DNA of 64,000 bases from NCBI GenBank assembly GCA_013239625.1, contig MU056050.1, positions 5,589,366 to 5,653,365 of the forward strand. The letters are read 5' to 3'. The notes under the pieces are model-generated. The model worked only from the letters and a program-made list of their open reading frames with translations. It was not told the origin of the DNA and did not search any database. Shown here piece after piece: positions 23,401-36,795 of the stretch. This DNA is from Lama guanicoe. Taxonomy: Eukaryota. Position numbers and translations under genes: made by a program. The number at the start of each line of letters is the position of its first letter. Position 1 is the first letter of the stretch.

Positions 23401-25272
23401 TATCGTCGATAAGCGGTTTTCAAAAAAAAAAAAGCTACACCTAAAAAATGAAATTAAAGCATTTCCTCACATTATATACAAAAATAAACTCAAAATGGAT
23501 TAAAGACCTAAAAGTAAGACTGAAAAGTGAACATCCCATAGAAGAAAACATAGCCAGAATATTCTGAAAAAAATCATTGTAATATTTTTGCATCAGTCTT
23601 CTACAGCAAAGGAAACAAAAGAAAAAATAAACAAATGTGATCTAATTCAACTTAAAAGCTTTTGCACAGCAAAACAAACCATTGACAAAAAAAAAAAGGC
23701 AGTCTAAGGAGTGAGAAAATATTTACAAATGATATGACCTGTAAGGGGTTAATACCACAAATATATAAACAGCTTATAAAATTCAATACCAAAAAATCAA
23801 TGATCCCCATTACAAAATTGTCAGACGGCTTGAACATTTTTCCAGATTTACAGATGGCTAACACACACATGAAAAGGTGTTCAACATCACAAATCATCAG
23901 AGAAATGCAAATCAACATCACAAAGACAAATTACCTCTCACCTGTCAGAAGAGCTATCATTTAGAAGTATATAAATAACAAATGTTGGCAAGATGTGGGG
24001 AAAAGGGAACCCTACTTGCTGTTGGTGGGAATGAAAAGAGCCACAATGGAAAACAGTATGGAGCCTCCTCCAAAAATTAAATTAGAAATACCATGTGATC
24101 TAGCAATTCCACTCCTGGGTATATATTGAAGAAAATTAAAACAGTAATTCCAAAAGAAACATACATCCCAGTTTTTACGGCAGCACTGTTTACAATAGTC
24201 AAGATGGAAGCAACTTAATTGTCCACCAACAGACAAAAGGTAGATGTGGTATTTATACTGGAATACTCATCTGTCATAAAAAAGAATGAAATGTTGCCAT
24301 TTGGAACAACATGGATGGCCTTAGAGGGTTTTATGCTTAGTGAAATAAGTCAGAAAGAGAAAGACACTCTGTGTTATCACATATATGTGATACTAAAAAA
24401 TAAACAAATGGATATAATAAAACAAAAACAGACTTTCAGATATGAAGAACAGACTAGTGGTTACCAATGTGCCGAGGGAATGAGGCAGGGACAAGATGGG
24501 AGTAGGAGATTAAGTGGTACAAACTAGTATGTATAACATAAATAATCTAGAAGGATATGCTGTACAGCACATGAAACATAGCCAATATGTAATAATTCTG
24601 AATGAAGTATAATCTATAAAAATTTTTCAGTTATACATGAACATATATTCATTGTCACATTTGTTTTCACTGTGAGCTACCACAAGATTTTGTATATATT
24701 TCCCTGTGCTATACAGTATAATCTTGTTTATCTATTCTGCATGTGCCTGTCAGTATCTACAAATTTCAAACTCCCAGTCTGTCCCTTCCCATCCCCCTCC
24801 CCCCAGCAACCACAAGCTCGTATTCTATGTCTATGAGTCTATTTCTGTTTTGTATTTATGTTCTTCTTTTTTTTAGATTCCACATATGAGTGATCTCATA
24901 TGGTATTTTTCTCTCTCTTCCTGGCTTACTTCACTTAGAATGAAATTCTCCAGGGACATCCATGTGGCTGCAAATGGTGTTATGTTGTCATTTTTATGGC
25001 TGAATAGTATTCCATTGTATAAATATACCAGCTCTTCTTTATCCAGTCACCTGTCGATGGACATTTAGGCTGGTTCCATGTCTTGGCTATTGTAAATAGT
25101 GCTGCTATGAACATTGGGGTGCAGGGGTCTTTTTGAAGTAGGGTTCCTTGTGGATATATGCTCAGGAGTGGGATTACTGTAAACATTTTTTTAAATACTT
25201 AAAAAAATCTTTTAATCACCATATAGTACACCTGAAACTAATATTATGGTGTAAATCAATAATACTTGAATA
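20412..25272 (+). mobile_element. Decayed L1 (partial 5'UTR, ORF1 ~21070-21950, ORF2 with a large internal deletion at ~23390, 3'UTR interrupted at ~24620-25200)
   Basis: ORF1 remnant ENFLNLKKKTDTQIQEAQ; EN remnants; C-terminal HMKRCSTSQIIREMQI; ends tacacctgaaactaatat..tgtaaatcaataatacttgaataa. Confidence 0.9.
24621..25179 (-). mobile_element. Young L1 3' fragment (camelid-type), antisense, nested in an older L1 3'UTR
   Basis: Translated [30 protein letters not shown]; near-identical to 32520-33085. Confidence 0.92.
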
Positions 25273-25284
25273 ATGAAATTGTAA

Positions 25285-26060
25285 TAAACATTCTTGCTAT
25301 GTTTCAAAGTGATTATACTATTTAATAGTATCACCAGCAAAGTATGAGAGGTCTAGTTGATACTCATCCTCTGGAGAGTTGGACTGGCCAGGAATTGCTT
25401 TTTCATTTTGGCCATTTAAAATAATCTACTAGTTTTTTGTGTGGTTTAATTTGCAATTTCCCTAGTAATTAATAATCTTAAGCACCTTTTTCTGTGCTTA
25501 TTGCCATTTCTATACATTTGTTTTTTGCCCCCAATAAACTGTCTACCAGCATTCCTTTTTCTGAGGTTCTGTTTTTCCAAATATTTATTTGCTTCTACTT
25601 TGCTTTCTTTGTGTTTAAGTAATATGCATTGTAAGATTTCAATTAACATTTATTTAGATATATTTTATAGGCCAGAATATGATACATGTTGGTTAACAGT
25701 TCTTGTGCTCCTGGAAAAAAACTTGTATTCCATTGCTTCTTAGTCAGTTTTTCTCTATCAATTAACATAAACTGATTGCTAATACTGCTCCAGTATAATA
25801 CATTCTGCTGATTTTCTGCCTGAAAGTTCTACCGAATGTGACTTTGTTATTTACATGGTATAATTTGTTCTACCCTTTTCCTTTATAACTATTAACATCT
25901 TTATATTTATGGTTGGTTTCTTATAAACAATATAATTTGATACATCATTTAATTCATATGTTTAGACAATTTACATTTAGTATAATTATACAGTTGGATT
26001 ATGATCTACTGTCTTTTCCTTCTGTTGTTTCTTTTTTACTGTTTTGCTCGTGACTTCTGG
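25285..26060 (-). mobile_element. Old L1M fragments, antisense
   Basis: ggttttaatttgcaatttccctagtaatt; tttagacaatttacatttagtataatta. Confidence 0.6.
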
Positions 26061-26162
26061 ATTTATTGAATATTTTACATAATTCTTTTTTATCCCCCAA
26101 CACAACTGAAGGAAGCCTTTTCCTGTCTTCAGCTCTACTCTATTTCTCAAGAGCACCTCTAT

Positions 26163-26285
26163 ATGATGGATATGTTAATTAGTGTCATTGTGGTAATTAT
26201 TTAACAACGTATACATGTATCAAAATATCATGATTCATACCTTAAATATATACAATTTCATCTGTCATATATGTATATTTCAAAG
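26163..26285 (+). mobile_element. L1M 3'-terminal fragment
   Basis: gatggatatgttaattag..ttgtggtaattattt..tatacatgtatcaaaa..ccttaaatatatacaatt. Confidence 0.75.
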
Positions 26286-27384
26286 CAGCTAGTGTAGCTA
26301 AGATAGTCATCATGGGTAATTGTGACTATTCATTAAATGAGAGGATACAAAACTTGGCCCTGGACACATGGTGACCTAATCAAAACAAAGTCACATCCTT
26401 AGTTCAGGCTAACTTTTCCCATTACTATGGTACACATTAACAACTACAGTTGGCTGAGTTACCAGGACAGAGGCAATGTATATCGTTTTGATGATGAAAT
26501 ACATATATACCCAACTGTTGACTGAGGGATGCAGCTCAGACATAGCTACACTGAACTGTTAAGACTGACTACAGCTTTAAATAGGCCCCATATAAGGAAA
26601 TCCTACTGAATACTCCTCCATCAAACATTCTTGGTGGACATTTCATAAAAATAAAATATTAGTTAAGTGTTCTTCAGTCTTTTGAAGATTAAAAGATACT
26701 TTTATTGAAACTTTTTTGAGCTTCACTAACTTTCTGTGCTTTGTTCATGCTATTTCAGTTAGAACAACTCAGTAAGGCTCCACTTTTGAATTTATAACAA
26801 GGCCTAGGGATAAAAGTGCAGAGAGTGACCTACATTGTACATAAAAAAAAAATTAGTGACCTTTTCATGTGGTCTAGAATACTTCTTTATCCTGACCAAA
26901 CTCCCATTTAGTTTCACCTAATCTTAGAATCATTTAAAAAGGAGAAAGATTAAATGACTGTCTTAATTGCTTAGGAAGTAAAACTTCAGTACAAATGATA
27001 ATAGAAACTCCTGGACAACAATAGTAAAAGTTATCATTTAGTCAAGCTGTCAAATTTATTTAAACTTACCAAATTCAATAATTTTTCACCTAATACACTT
27101 GTGCTCAGAATTTTCATAATTGTTGGAGGAATAAATAAATAGACAGACTAGACAATGTCCTGAACTAGTTTATCCAATTGTATAAAACAAGACACATGCA
27201 GAGGAAAAGAGAAAGAATAATGTAACAAAGCTTGTGCTGTCAAGATATTAGATACTAGGATGTTCCAAAAATATAAAGGATGCTCTATGGACTAATCAGA
27301 TATTACAGAGGTTCATTGGCAAACTTGGCATATACATCTCTTTTGTTTAGTAAGAAGAGTGTCATTTTTGTTTTAGTTTTATTT

Positions 27385-27830
27385 GGAATCTACCTTTAAT
27401 ATTAAAACATTCTAAGACATATAAATTGTAATGATAATAAAATTAATTCCAACAAACTTTCACGTAGATTCACCAAAAGTTAAAATTTTACCCATTGGTA
27501 CTCACATGCTCACATGTATTTTCTCTATTCCACCACAGGATTATCTCCCAAGTACAATAGTATTCTTTTACTCTAAAGTGTAATTTATCAAATTTAGACA
27601 ATTTAACTTGATACACAATCATCATTTAATATAAGCTATACATATTGTCAATATTTCCCTTTATAGCAGTTTTAAAAAAATCAACTATCCAAGCTAAAAT
27701 CATGTATTAGATAACATTTCCATACCCCTTTGGTCCAATTTAAAGTAGAAAAGATCCTCAATTTCTGGTTATCTTTCACAACAGTTAAACATTTAAATTG
27801 TCCACACAAGTTTCTTTTTAATGAATTTGG
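27385..27830 (-). mobile_element. L1MC-like 3'UTR fragment, antisense
   Basis: tagattcaccaaaagttaaaatttt; atttaacttgatacacaat; similarity to the L1MC 3'UTR is from memory. Confidence 0.5.
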
Positions 27831-28329
27831 GTCTTTGGTTTCATTTTGCCACAGATCTCTATAATAAGTGACGCAGGGTTACCATCATAGTCTATATGAA
27901 TTCATGAATACCACATGAATTAAACTGGGAGAGTCGAACTTTTAAGTTAACTTTTTGGCCAATGGAAATATTGAAGTTTGAGTCACACTTATGGAAGCTT
28001 TCTTGGTCGAAATAGGAATGTTCTGAGAAACGACTAAGGACATCCAAGGTTTGTAAAGATTTGTCATTGTAGATGAACACAGTATACACAGGAGGTAGTC
28101 AGAAGAATCCTGCAAGTGTGCTTGATTAGTCAAAGGAACAAGTTACCTATACTTATGATTTGCATATTGTATTTTCATTGTTTAAATCAATACTGAAATA
28201 ACATTATCTGAAATTTACCTTAATCAAGACATAGAAACAGAATTGCTATAGGTAACTATAAAAATCAATTCAGATATAAAGACAACAGGAAACAGCAAAC
28301 TATTAACTAACTTTGACTATGGACATAGT

Positions 28330-29394
28330 GTATGAACAAGAACCACACTTAACTGCTCAACATAAGTAATAAAAAAAAAACTGGACGAAGTAACTCAAAC
28401 ATCGGTTTTCACACTTTTGACAATGAACAGCATTGACCTGGGATTCCTGAGTGAAGGGAAGCAAAGTGAGCCTCACAAGAGATCCACCTTTCAATCTGGA
28501 GACAATTTCTACAATAAGAGTATAGAACAGAGAATCCAAACAGGGCTCGGTGGCCTCATTGAGATGAAGAGATGGAGTATAGAGTTCAGAGATAACTGAG
28601 GAGGGTGCAAATTATAAGGCAGAATTCAGGATAAGCAAGAGCTACGCAGAATAAAGGCTTCAAACATCTATATGGCACTGACTTCCAAATGTATAATGCA
28701 AACCCTTTGTGGCTTGGCAGAAAACCACTAGAGAGATGCAAGCTAAGCAATACCTAGAGTTCACAGAAGTGATGAAAAATTTAAGGTCCAACCAGTCAGA
28801 GCAGAGAGACGTTCATGATCCCACGGATATTCACTGGAAACCCCAGAAGAATAACTCCTTTGGAATACAGTTTAACCATTCCCTGAAGTAAAGGTTACAC
28901 TAGAATTCATTTAGAAACTATTAAAAACAGGTTTGGGGGCATCAAATTGATCTGCAGCTTATCTTGTATGAAAACAAAACCCAACATCTTTCACAGAGAA
29001 TATAAAAGTCAAACAGTCCACAATGTAACATTTACAATGCCCAGTATCCCAATAAAGAAAACGATTAGACATGTCAAGATATAAGAAAAAAATGACCTAT
29101 ATATTTAAGATGTCAAATTTCCACAAATGCATGTATGTATTTAACGCATTTTTAATAAAAATCCTAGCAACATTTTTGGAAATGGAGAAAAGCTGACTTG
29201 AAAATTTATTTGGAAAGGCACAGGCACAGGAATAGCAAAAGAAATTTTTAAAAAGAAAATAGTTGGAGAGCTCACTATCTGCTATTAAAATGTATAAAAT
29301 GCACTATGATAATCAAGATACTATGATCCTGGCGAAGAATATACATACTGATAAAAGGAATAAAACAGAATCTAGAAATGGACCGACACAATTG
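28330..29394 (+). mobile_element. Old L1M fragment (5' region then ORF2 piece) that resumes at ~36493 after the nested antisense L1
   Basis: aaaatttatttggaaaggc..ggaatagcaaaag..gttggagagctcacta..ctagaaatggacc continues as tcaactgatttttgaca..gtgcaaagccaattcaat at 36495. Confidence 0.7.
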
Positions 29395-31969
29395 TTTTTT
29401 TTTTTTTTACTGAGGAAACCTTGGTTTACTAACAATATGTAAGTTTCATGTGTACAGCATTATATTTCTACTTCTGTATAAACTAAAGTGTGCTACCCAA
29501 TAATAGTTTATCTTGCTTCCATCAACACACAGTTGACTGTCTTTACCCATTTCGCCCTCTTCTCAAAACCCTTCCCCTTTGGTAGCCACTGTTAAAGTCT
29601 CTGTACCTAAGCATTTGTATTTATCTTGTTTGATTTTTTTAATATTCCACATAAGAGTGGAACTATCTGGTAATTATCTTTTCCTTCTGACTTATTTCAG
29701 ATACCATAATACCATGAAGGTCCATTCATGTTGTCAAAAATGGCAAAATTTTATTTTATTTTTTACAGTTGAGGAGTATTTCAGTATATGCGTGTGTGTA
29801 TGTGTGTGCACACACAACACCTTATCCTCTCACCCACTGACTGGACAATTAGGGTGTTTCTATTATCTTGGATATTGTAAATAATGCTGCAATGAACATA
29901 AGCGTGTGTATATCTTTTTGATTTAGTGTTTTGATATTATTCAGATAAATTCTCCAAAGTATAAAAGCTAGATCACATATTTCCATTGATAATTTTTAAA
30001 GGAATTTCCATTATGTTTTCCATAGTGGGTACATCAATTTAAACCCCAAGCAACAGTGCACAGGGATACCCTTTTCTCCAAATCTATGCCAAAACTTGCT
30101 ATTCATGGTCTTTTTGATGATAGCCACTCTGACAGTTGTGAGATAACTCATCGTGGCTTTACTCTTGATTTGCATTTGCCCAATAATTATTGATGTTGAA
30201 CATCTTGTGATATGCCTGTTGTCCATCTGTATGTCTTCTATACAAAAATTTCTTTTCAACTCCTCTGCCAAATTTTTAATCAGGTTGTGTCGGGTTTTCT
30301 CGGTGTTGAGTTATATGAGTTAATTACGTATTTTAGATTGGATATATGATTTGCAAACATCTTCTCCCATTTAGTGGGGTGCTTTTTGTTTTGTTCATGG
30401 TTTCCTTTGCTGTACAAAAGCATTTAAGTTTGATGTAGTCCTGTTTATTTTTGTTTTTCTTTTGTTCCCCTTGTCTCAGGAAATATAACCAAAAAGAAAT
30501 TGCTAAGACAGACGAAAAATGGTACTGTACATTTTCTTCTAGGAATATTATGATTTCAGGTCTTGCATTCAAGTCTTTAATCCATTTATGCTTGATGTTT
30601 GTGTATGGTGTAATAGCGATCTAGATTCATTCTTTTTCACGTGACTATCCATATTTCCTAACACTATTTATCCTTTGTAGAGAGTATCCTTTCTCCATTA
30701 TACGTTTTTTCCTTACTGGTTATAAATTAATTGTCGATACATATTTGAGTTTACTTCTGGGCTGTCAGTACTGTTCCATTGACCTGTATGTCTGTTTTTC
30801 TGCCATTACCAAGTGCTATAATTTCAAATGAGGGACTCTGATAACGCTACCTCTTTTCCCCTCAGGATTACTTTAGCTATTCAGAATCTTCTGTGGTTCC
30901 GTATACATTTTAGAGGTTTTTTTGTTCTGTTTTTGTGGGAAATGTCATTGAGATTTTGATAGAGACTGCATTGAATCTGCAGATTGCTTTAGGTAATATC
31001 AACATTTTGACAATTTTAATTCAATTCATGAGCATGTAATGTGTTTTCTTTATTTTTAACAGGGTCTTATAGTTTTCAGCACACAGGCCTTTCATCTCCT
31101 GGGTTAAATGTATTCCTAGGTAATTTATTCTTTTTGTTGCAATTGTAAATGACATTGACTACTTAATGTCTCTTTCTGTTACAGTGTTGTTAATGTATAA
31201 AACACAACACATTTTTGTACATTGATTTTGTACCTTACAACTTCACTATATTCATTATGTCTAAGATTTTTGGTGGAGTCCTCAGGGTTTTCTATATATA
31301 AAATCACATCACCTGGAAACAGTGACAGTTTAATTCTTCCTTGCCAGTTTGCCTTATATTTCTTTTTCTACCCTATTTTCTCTGGCTAGGACTTCCAATA
31401 CTATGCTAAATAAGAGTGGCAAGAGTGGGCATCCTTCTCTTGTTCTTGAACTTAGAAGAATAGAAATCAGTTTTTCACCATTGATTATGATGTTAGCTGT
31501 GAATTTGTCATTTATGGTTTTTATTATGTTGAGGCACATTCATTCTTACATTTTCTGCATCATTTGAGATGATCACACAATTTTTATCTTTTGTTAACGT
31601 GGTATATGGCAATGATTGATCTGTGAATGCTGAACCATACTTGCATCCTGGAATAAGTGACTACTGACCATGGTGTCTGACCGTTTAATGTGTTGTTGTA
31701 TTTGAGTTGCTAGCATTTTGTTGAGAATTTTTGCATCTATGTTCGTCAGAGACATTGGCTTGTAATTTTCCTTTTTGTGTTGCCCTTGTCTATTTTGGTA
31801 TTGGAGTGATGTTGGCCTCGAAAAGTGAGTTAGGAAATGTTTCCTCCTAGTCATTGCTTCGAAAGAGGTTGAGAAGGGTAAGTACTAAATAATCTGTGAA
31901 TATTTCACTGAATTCACCATTGAAGCCATCTGGTCATGGACTTTTGTATTTGGGGAGTGATTTTTTAAA

Positions 31970-31971
<2 letters not shown>

Positions 31972-32022
<51 letters not shown>

Positions 32023-32034
32023 ATTATTATTATT
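31972..32034. repeat. (TTA)n microsatellite
   Basis: Direct reading; source of the poly-Ile ORF. Confidence 0.95.
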
Positions 32035-32464
32035 TCAATCTCCTCACTAGTGATCAATCTATTCAGGTTTTCTATTTCTTTGTGATTCAGTCTTAAAAGG
32101 TTGTATGATTCTCAGAACTTATCCATTTATTCTAGGTTGTCCAGTTTGTTGGTATATAGCTGTTGATACTATTTTCTTATAATCTTTTGTATTTCAGATG
32201 TATTCATTGTAGTCTTTTTCATTTCTGATTTTATTTGATTCTTTTTCTCTTGTCTTAGTAAATTTAGCTAATGGTTTTCCAATTTTATCTTTTCAAAGAA
32301 TTGTTTTAGTTAATTCAATCCATTCTATTTTCTTTTAAGTTTCTGTTTCATTTATTTCTACTCTGATTTTTACTGTATTTTTTCCTTCTACTAATGTTGG
32401 ACTTTGTTTTTCTCTTTATAATTCCTTTAGGTGTAAGGTCAGATTGTTCATGAGAGATTTTCCC

Positions 32465-33628
32465 TTTTTTTAAATAGTCATTTTACAATGTTGTGTCAAA
32501 TTCCAGTGTAGAGCACAATTTTTCAGTTATACATGAACATACATATATTCATTGTCACATTGTTTTTTTGCTGTGAGCTTCCACAAGATCTTGTATACAT
32601 TTCCCTGTGCTATATAGTATAATCTTGTTTATCTATTCTACATATGCCTGTCAAATGCCTGTCATACAAATTTTGAACTTCCAGTCTATCCCTTCCCACT
32701 GCCCTCCCCTTTGGCAACCACAAGTTTGTATTCTATGTCTATGAGTCTATTTCTGTTTTGTATTTATGTTCTTTATTTTGTTATGATTCCACATATCAGC
32801 GATCTCATACGGTATTTTTCTTTTTCCAGCTTACTTCACTTAGAATGGCATTCTTCAGGAACATCCATGTTGCTGCAAATGGTGTTAGGTTGTCGGTTTT
32901 TATGGCTGAATAGTATTCCATTGTATAGTAGACCACATTTTCTTTGTCCAGTCATCTGTCGATGGACATTTAGGCTGTCTCCATGTGTTGGCTATTGTAA
33001 ATAGTGCTGCTATGAACATTGGGGTGCAGGTGTCTCTTTGAAGTAGGGTTCCTTCTGGATATATGCCCAGGAGCGGGATTCCTGGGTCATGTGGTAAGTC
33101 TGTTCCTAGTATTTTAAGGAATCTCCATACTGTTTTCCACAGTGGCTGCACCAAACTGCATTTCCACCAGCAGTGTAGGAGGGTTCCCTTTTCTCCAAAG
33201 CCTCTCCAGCATTTGTCATTTGTGGACTTTTGAATGATGGCCATTCTGACTGGTGTGAGGTGATACCTCATTGTAGTTTTGATTTGCATTTCTCTGATAA
33301 TTAGTGATATTGAGCATTTTTTCATGTGCCTATTGATCATTTGTATTTCTTCTTTGGAGAATTGCTTGTTTAGATCTTCTGCCCATTTTTGGATTGGGTT
33401 TTTTGGTTGTTTCTTATTATGTAGTATGAGCTGCTTATATATTCTGGAGATCAAGCCTTTGTCAGTTTTACCGTTTGCAAAAAATTTTATCCCATTCTGT
33501 AGGTTGTTGTTTTGTTTTACTTATGGTTTCCTTTGCTGTGCAGAAGCTTGTAAGTTTCATTAGGTCCCATTTGTTTATTCTTGCTTTTATTTCTATTACT
33601 TGAATAGGCTGCCCTAGGAGAACATTTC
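32465..33628 (-). mobile_element. Young camelid-type L1 3' portion (~1.2 kb) nested in the older antisense L1
   Basis: Uninterrupted 184-aa ORF 32900-33454 = ORF2 C-terminal domain with the CCHC knuckle ([16 protein letters not shown]); 3'UTR shared with 24621-25179 and 36558-36795. Confidence 0.93.
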
Positions 33629-36557
33629 TGAAGTAGGCCTGTATTACTATAAAAGTCCCTCTAGGACACCTTTTAATGTATTCCATAGATTTTTGCATGC
33701 TACATTTTCATTTTCATTTTCAATTTTCATCAGGTACTTTTTGATTTCTACTTTGATTTATTCATTGACTTAGTAGTGGTTAGTAGTGTGGCATTTAGTC
33801 TCCATATATTTGTGATTTTCCCATGTTCCTACTGTAGTTGATCTGTGGTTTCACACAATTGAGATTGGTAAAGATGTTTTATATGATTACAGTCTAATTA
33901 AATTTATTAAGACTTGTTTTATGTCCCAAAATGTAGTCTATCCTTAAGAATGTTTGATGTCACTTAAGAATGTATATTCTGCCACATTAGGATGGAATGT
34001 TCTGTATAAATCTAATAAATCTGAGTAATATTCCGTCAAGTCTGTTGTTTCCTTGTTGATGCCAAGATGATTAATCCGTTCATGTAAGTGGGGATTGTAG
34101 TGCCATTCTATTATCATGTTGCTGTCATTTTCTCCCTCTAGGTTTGTTGACAATTACTTTATATAGTTCGGTGCCCCTATATTAGGTGTATATATATTAA
34201 TAGCTTTTATGTATATACATTGATAGCTTTCTTGACACTATATAAAGTGAATAAAATAGTGTGCATCTTTCTCTCTTGTTAAGTTTCCTGGCTTGAAGTT
34301 TATTTTATCTGATATGAGTATGGCTACACCCAGATTCTCTTGACTGCCATTTGCTTAAAGTGTCATCTTCTATCTCTACGACTGAGCCTATGTTTAACTT
34401 ATAACCCTGAGTGGAAGCCCCTGGAGGTATCATATACTTGGCTAATGTTTTTTAAACCATTCAACAACTCTATGTCTTTTGATTGGTAAATTTAGCCCAC
34501 TTGTATTTAAGATGATTATTGATAAGTGATGACTTAGTACTGCCATTTTTTTTTCTGGTTTCTCGATTTCTCCATTCTTTCTTTTTCCTTGTGTTTTTGT
34601 TTGCCACCTAATTTTGCTGATTTTCTATGATGTTTTCTCAGATTCATCTTTTTTATGTTTCGTATCTCTGCTCTAGATTTATGTATTGTGATTACCATGA
34701 GGTTTACATAAAACATCTCACACATAAAATTGTTCTTTTTCTACTGATAGCATCTTATCTTCATTTGACTATTTGGGTTCTCTCTGTTTCCTTTTCCCCT
34801 TTTACATCTTTCTTGTCTTTTTATGTTGCAATTTCTTAACATATGGAAGTAATACTTATTTTAGTGATTTCTGCTTTAACTTTTATGCTATAATTGTTTA
34901 TGGTCCTATTCTGATATAGAGTGGCAATGTTTGATTCTGTTCATCTTACTCAAAGTTTTGTTTATTTTTGTCTTTTTGTTTTAAATAGAAGAGCTTCCTT
35001 CAACAATTGTTTTAAGGCATGTCAAGTAGTGATGAACTCCTTCAGCTACTGTTTGTGTTGGAAAGTTTATTTATCCTTCATATCTGAATGATAACTTTAC
35101 TGAATAGTGTCTTTTTGGCTGACCATTTTTATCTTTCCATGTTCAAATATGTCATTCAACTTTCTCCTGGCCTGTAGACTTTCTGCTGAGAAGTCTGCTG
35201 ATTGTCTAGTGCAGGACCCATTTTAGGTTGCTGTCTTTTTTTCCCCTGGTTGACTTTCTTCGTCATTGACTTTTGACTGTTTTAATATAATGTTTCTTGG
35301 AGGAGGTATTTTGCATTGAAGTAATTAGGTATTCTCTTAGCTTCTGTATTTAGTTCCTTCCCCAAATTTTGAAAGTTCTCAACTACTATTTTTTCACATC
35401 AGGTCTCTAATACCTTTTTCTTTTCTCCTCCTCTGGGATACCAGTTATCCTTATGTTGCTCTTCCTAATGAAGTCAGTTACTTCCTGTAGAATCATGTTC
35501 ATTTTTTAAGATCTTCATTCCATCCCTTAATCTACCTGTATCACTTCTGAATTTCTATTTTTAAGCCTGATAATTCTCTCTTCCATATGGTCTGCTCTAT
35601 ATTCAATACTTTATAATGGATCTATCATCTCATTTTTTAGTTCTTCACACCCAGAATTTATGTTTAATTCTTTAGGTAAAGCTTTTTAACATGTTTCTAA
35701 TAATTCAACAGGTTAGTAATTAGAAGACTTTCTTTTCTTTTTCAGTATGTGGAGCTATAGCACACGTTTCTGGTTTATCTTACTCAAGCTACCTCTAGTT
35801 ATGTTCAAGAATCATCACTTTCCACCCTCAACCACATTCTGTCTGAGGTGTCACGTGGTACCCTCATTGTTGACATATGTGCCTCCAAGGTCAATGATGC
35901 CTCGCTTTTGCCAGTATTGCTGCTATTACTGGCGTGATCACTGCCTGGGACACTGGAATAGTGGGCGCATCTGCCACATCTCGGGTAGCCTTGGTTGCAG
36001 GCTGTCACTGCGGGGTTGTAGCTGAGTTCACAGGTGCCCTGCCATGTCCAAGACTGCAGGTTTGTGTGTGCTACCAGTGTAGTTGGTGGGGTCTGCTGTT
36101 ATGGGTGCCTCTGCAGCTAGAAGGACAGGGTATCAGGCCCCATTGCTTTATTGTTGCCAGGTTCCCTGTGGCCATGAGCACCACTGCATCCAGGAGGCTG
36201 GAGTTGTCTGTGCTACCTCCCCTGCTGCTGCCAAGATTTTGGGGGCTGTGGTTCAGCTACCATGACTAGGGAGATGGGGTAATAGGCACTGCATCCATTA
36301 TTCCCCTGGTTCCGTCTCCTGTGTATGTTCCAGTCCACCCAACTTTAGATGTACAGATGTGTGGAACTCTCCAACATTCGGATGTGTTGGGCAGAGGAAC
36401 ATTTGTTAAGTAATGTATATTTACTGGTTGCAGAGTGAAAGGGAGAGACAAAGGCAACTTCTCTTCCCACCATGATGCTTACGTCATTCCCTCATCAACT
36501 GATTTTTGACACACGTGCAAAGCCAATTCAATAAAGAAGGGACTGTCTTTTTAAAGA

Positions 36558-36795
36558 AGAGTTTGAAATTTGTAGATACTGACAGGCATACGTAGAATAG
36601 ATAAACAAGATTATACTATATAGCACAGCAAAATAGATGCAAGATATTGTGGTAGCTCACAGTGAAAAAAAAATGACAATGAATATATCTATGTTCATGT
36701 ATCACTGAAAAATTGTGCTGTACTCTGGAAATCGACACAACATTGTAAACTGACTATAACTCAATAAAAAAAGTCAAATAATAATAATAATAAAA
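36558..36795 (+). mobile_element. Short young L1 3' end with (TAA)n tail
   Basis: gagtttgaaatttgtagatactgacaggca...ttgtaaactgactataactcaataaaaaa. Confidence 0.92.

Larger units (their letters stand above)
29395..36492 (-). mobile_element. Near full-length decayed L1, antisense (poly-A at 29395-29408, 5' end at ~36490), with internal deletions
   Basis: RT remnants [19 protein letters not shown] and [30 protein letters not shown] remnant DLYRTFHPNVAEYTF; degenerate TSD caattgttttt / caactgattttt. Confidence 0.9.

Noticed and set aside
27892..28133. Overlapping minus-strand ORFs in a unique patch (pseudogene or endogenous viral element?)
   Set aside because: No recognisable homology, splice sites or poly-A/TSD; lengths are within chance expectation
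32900..33454. Longest ORF (184 aa) as a host gene
   Set aside because: It is the L1 ORF2 C-terminal fragment of a 5'-truncated insertion, with no promoter, EN or RT
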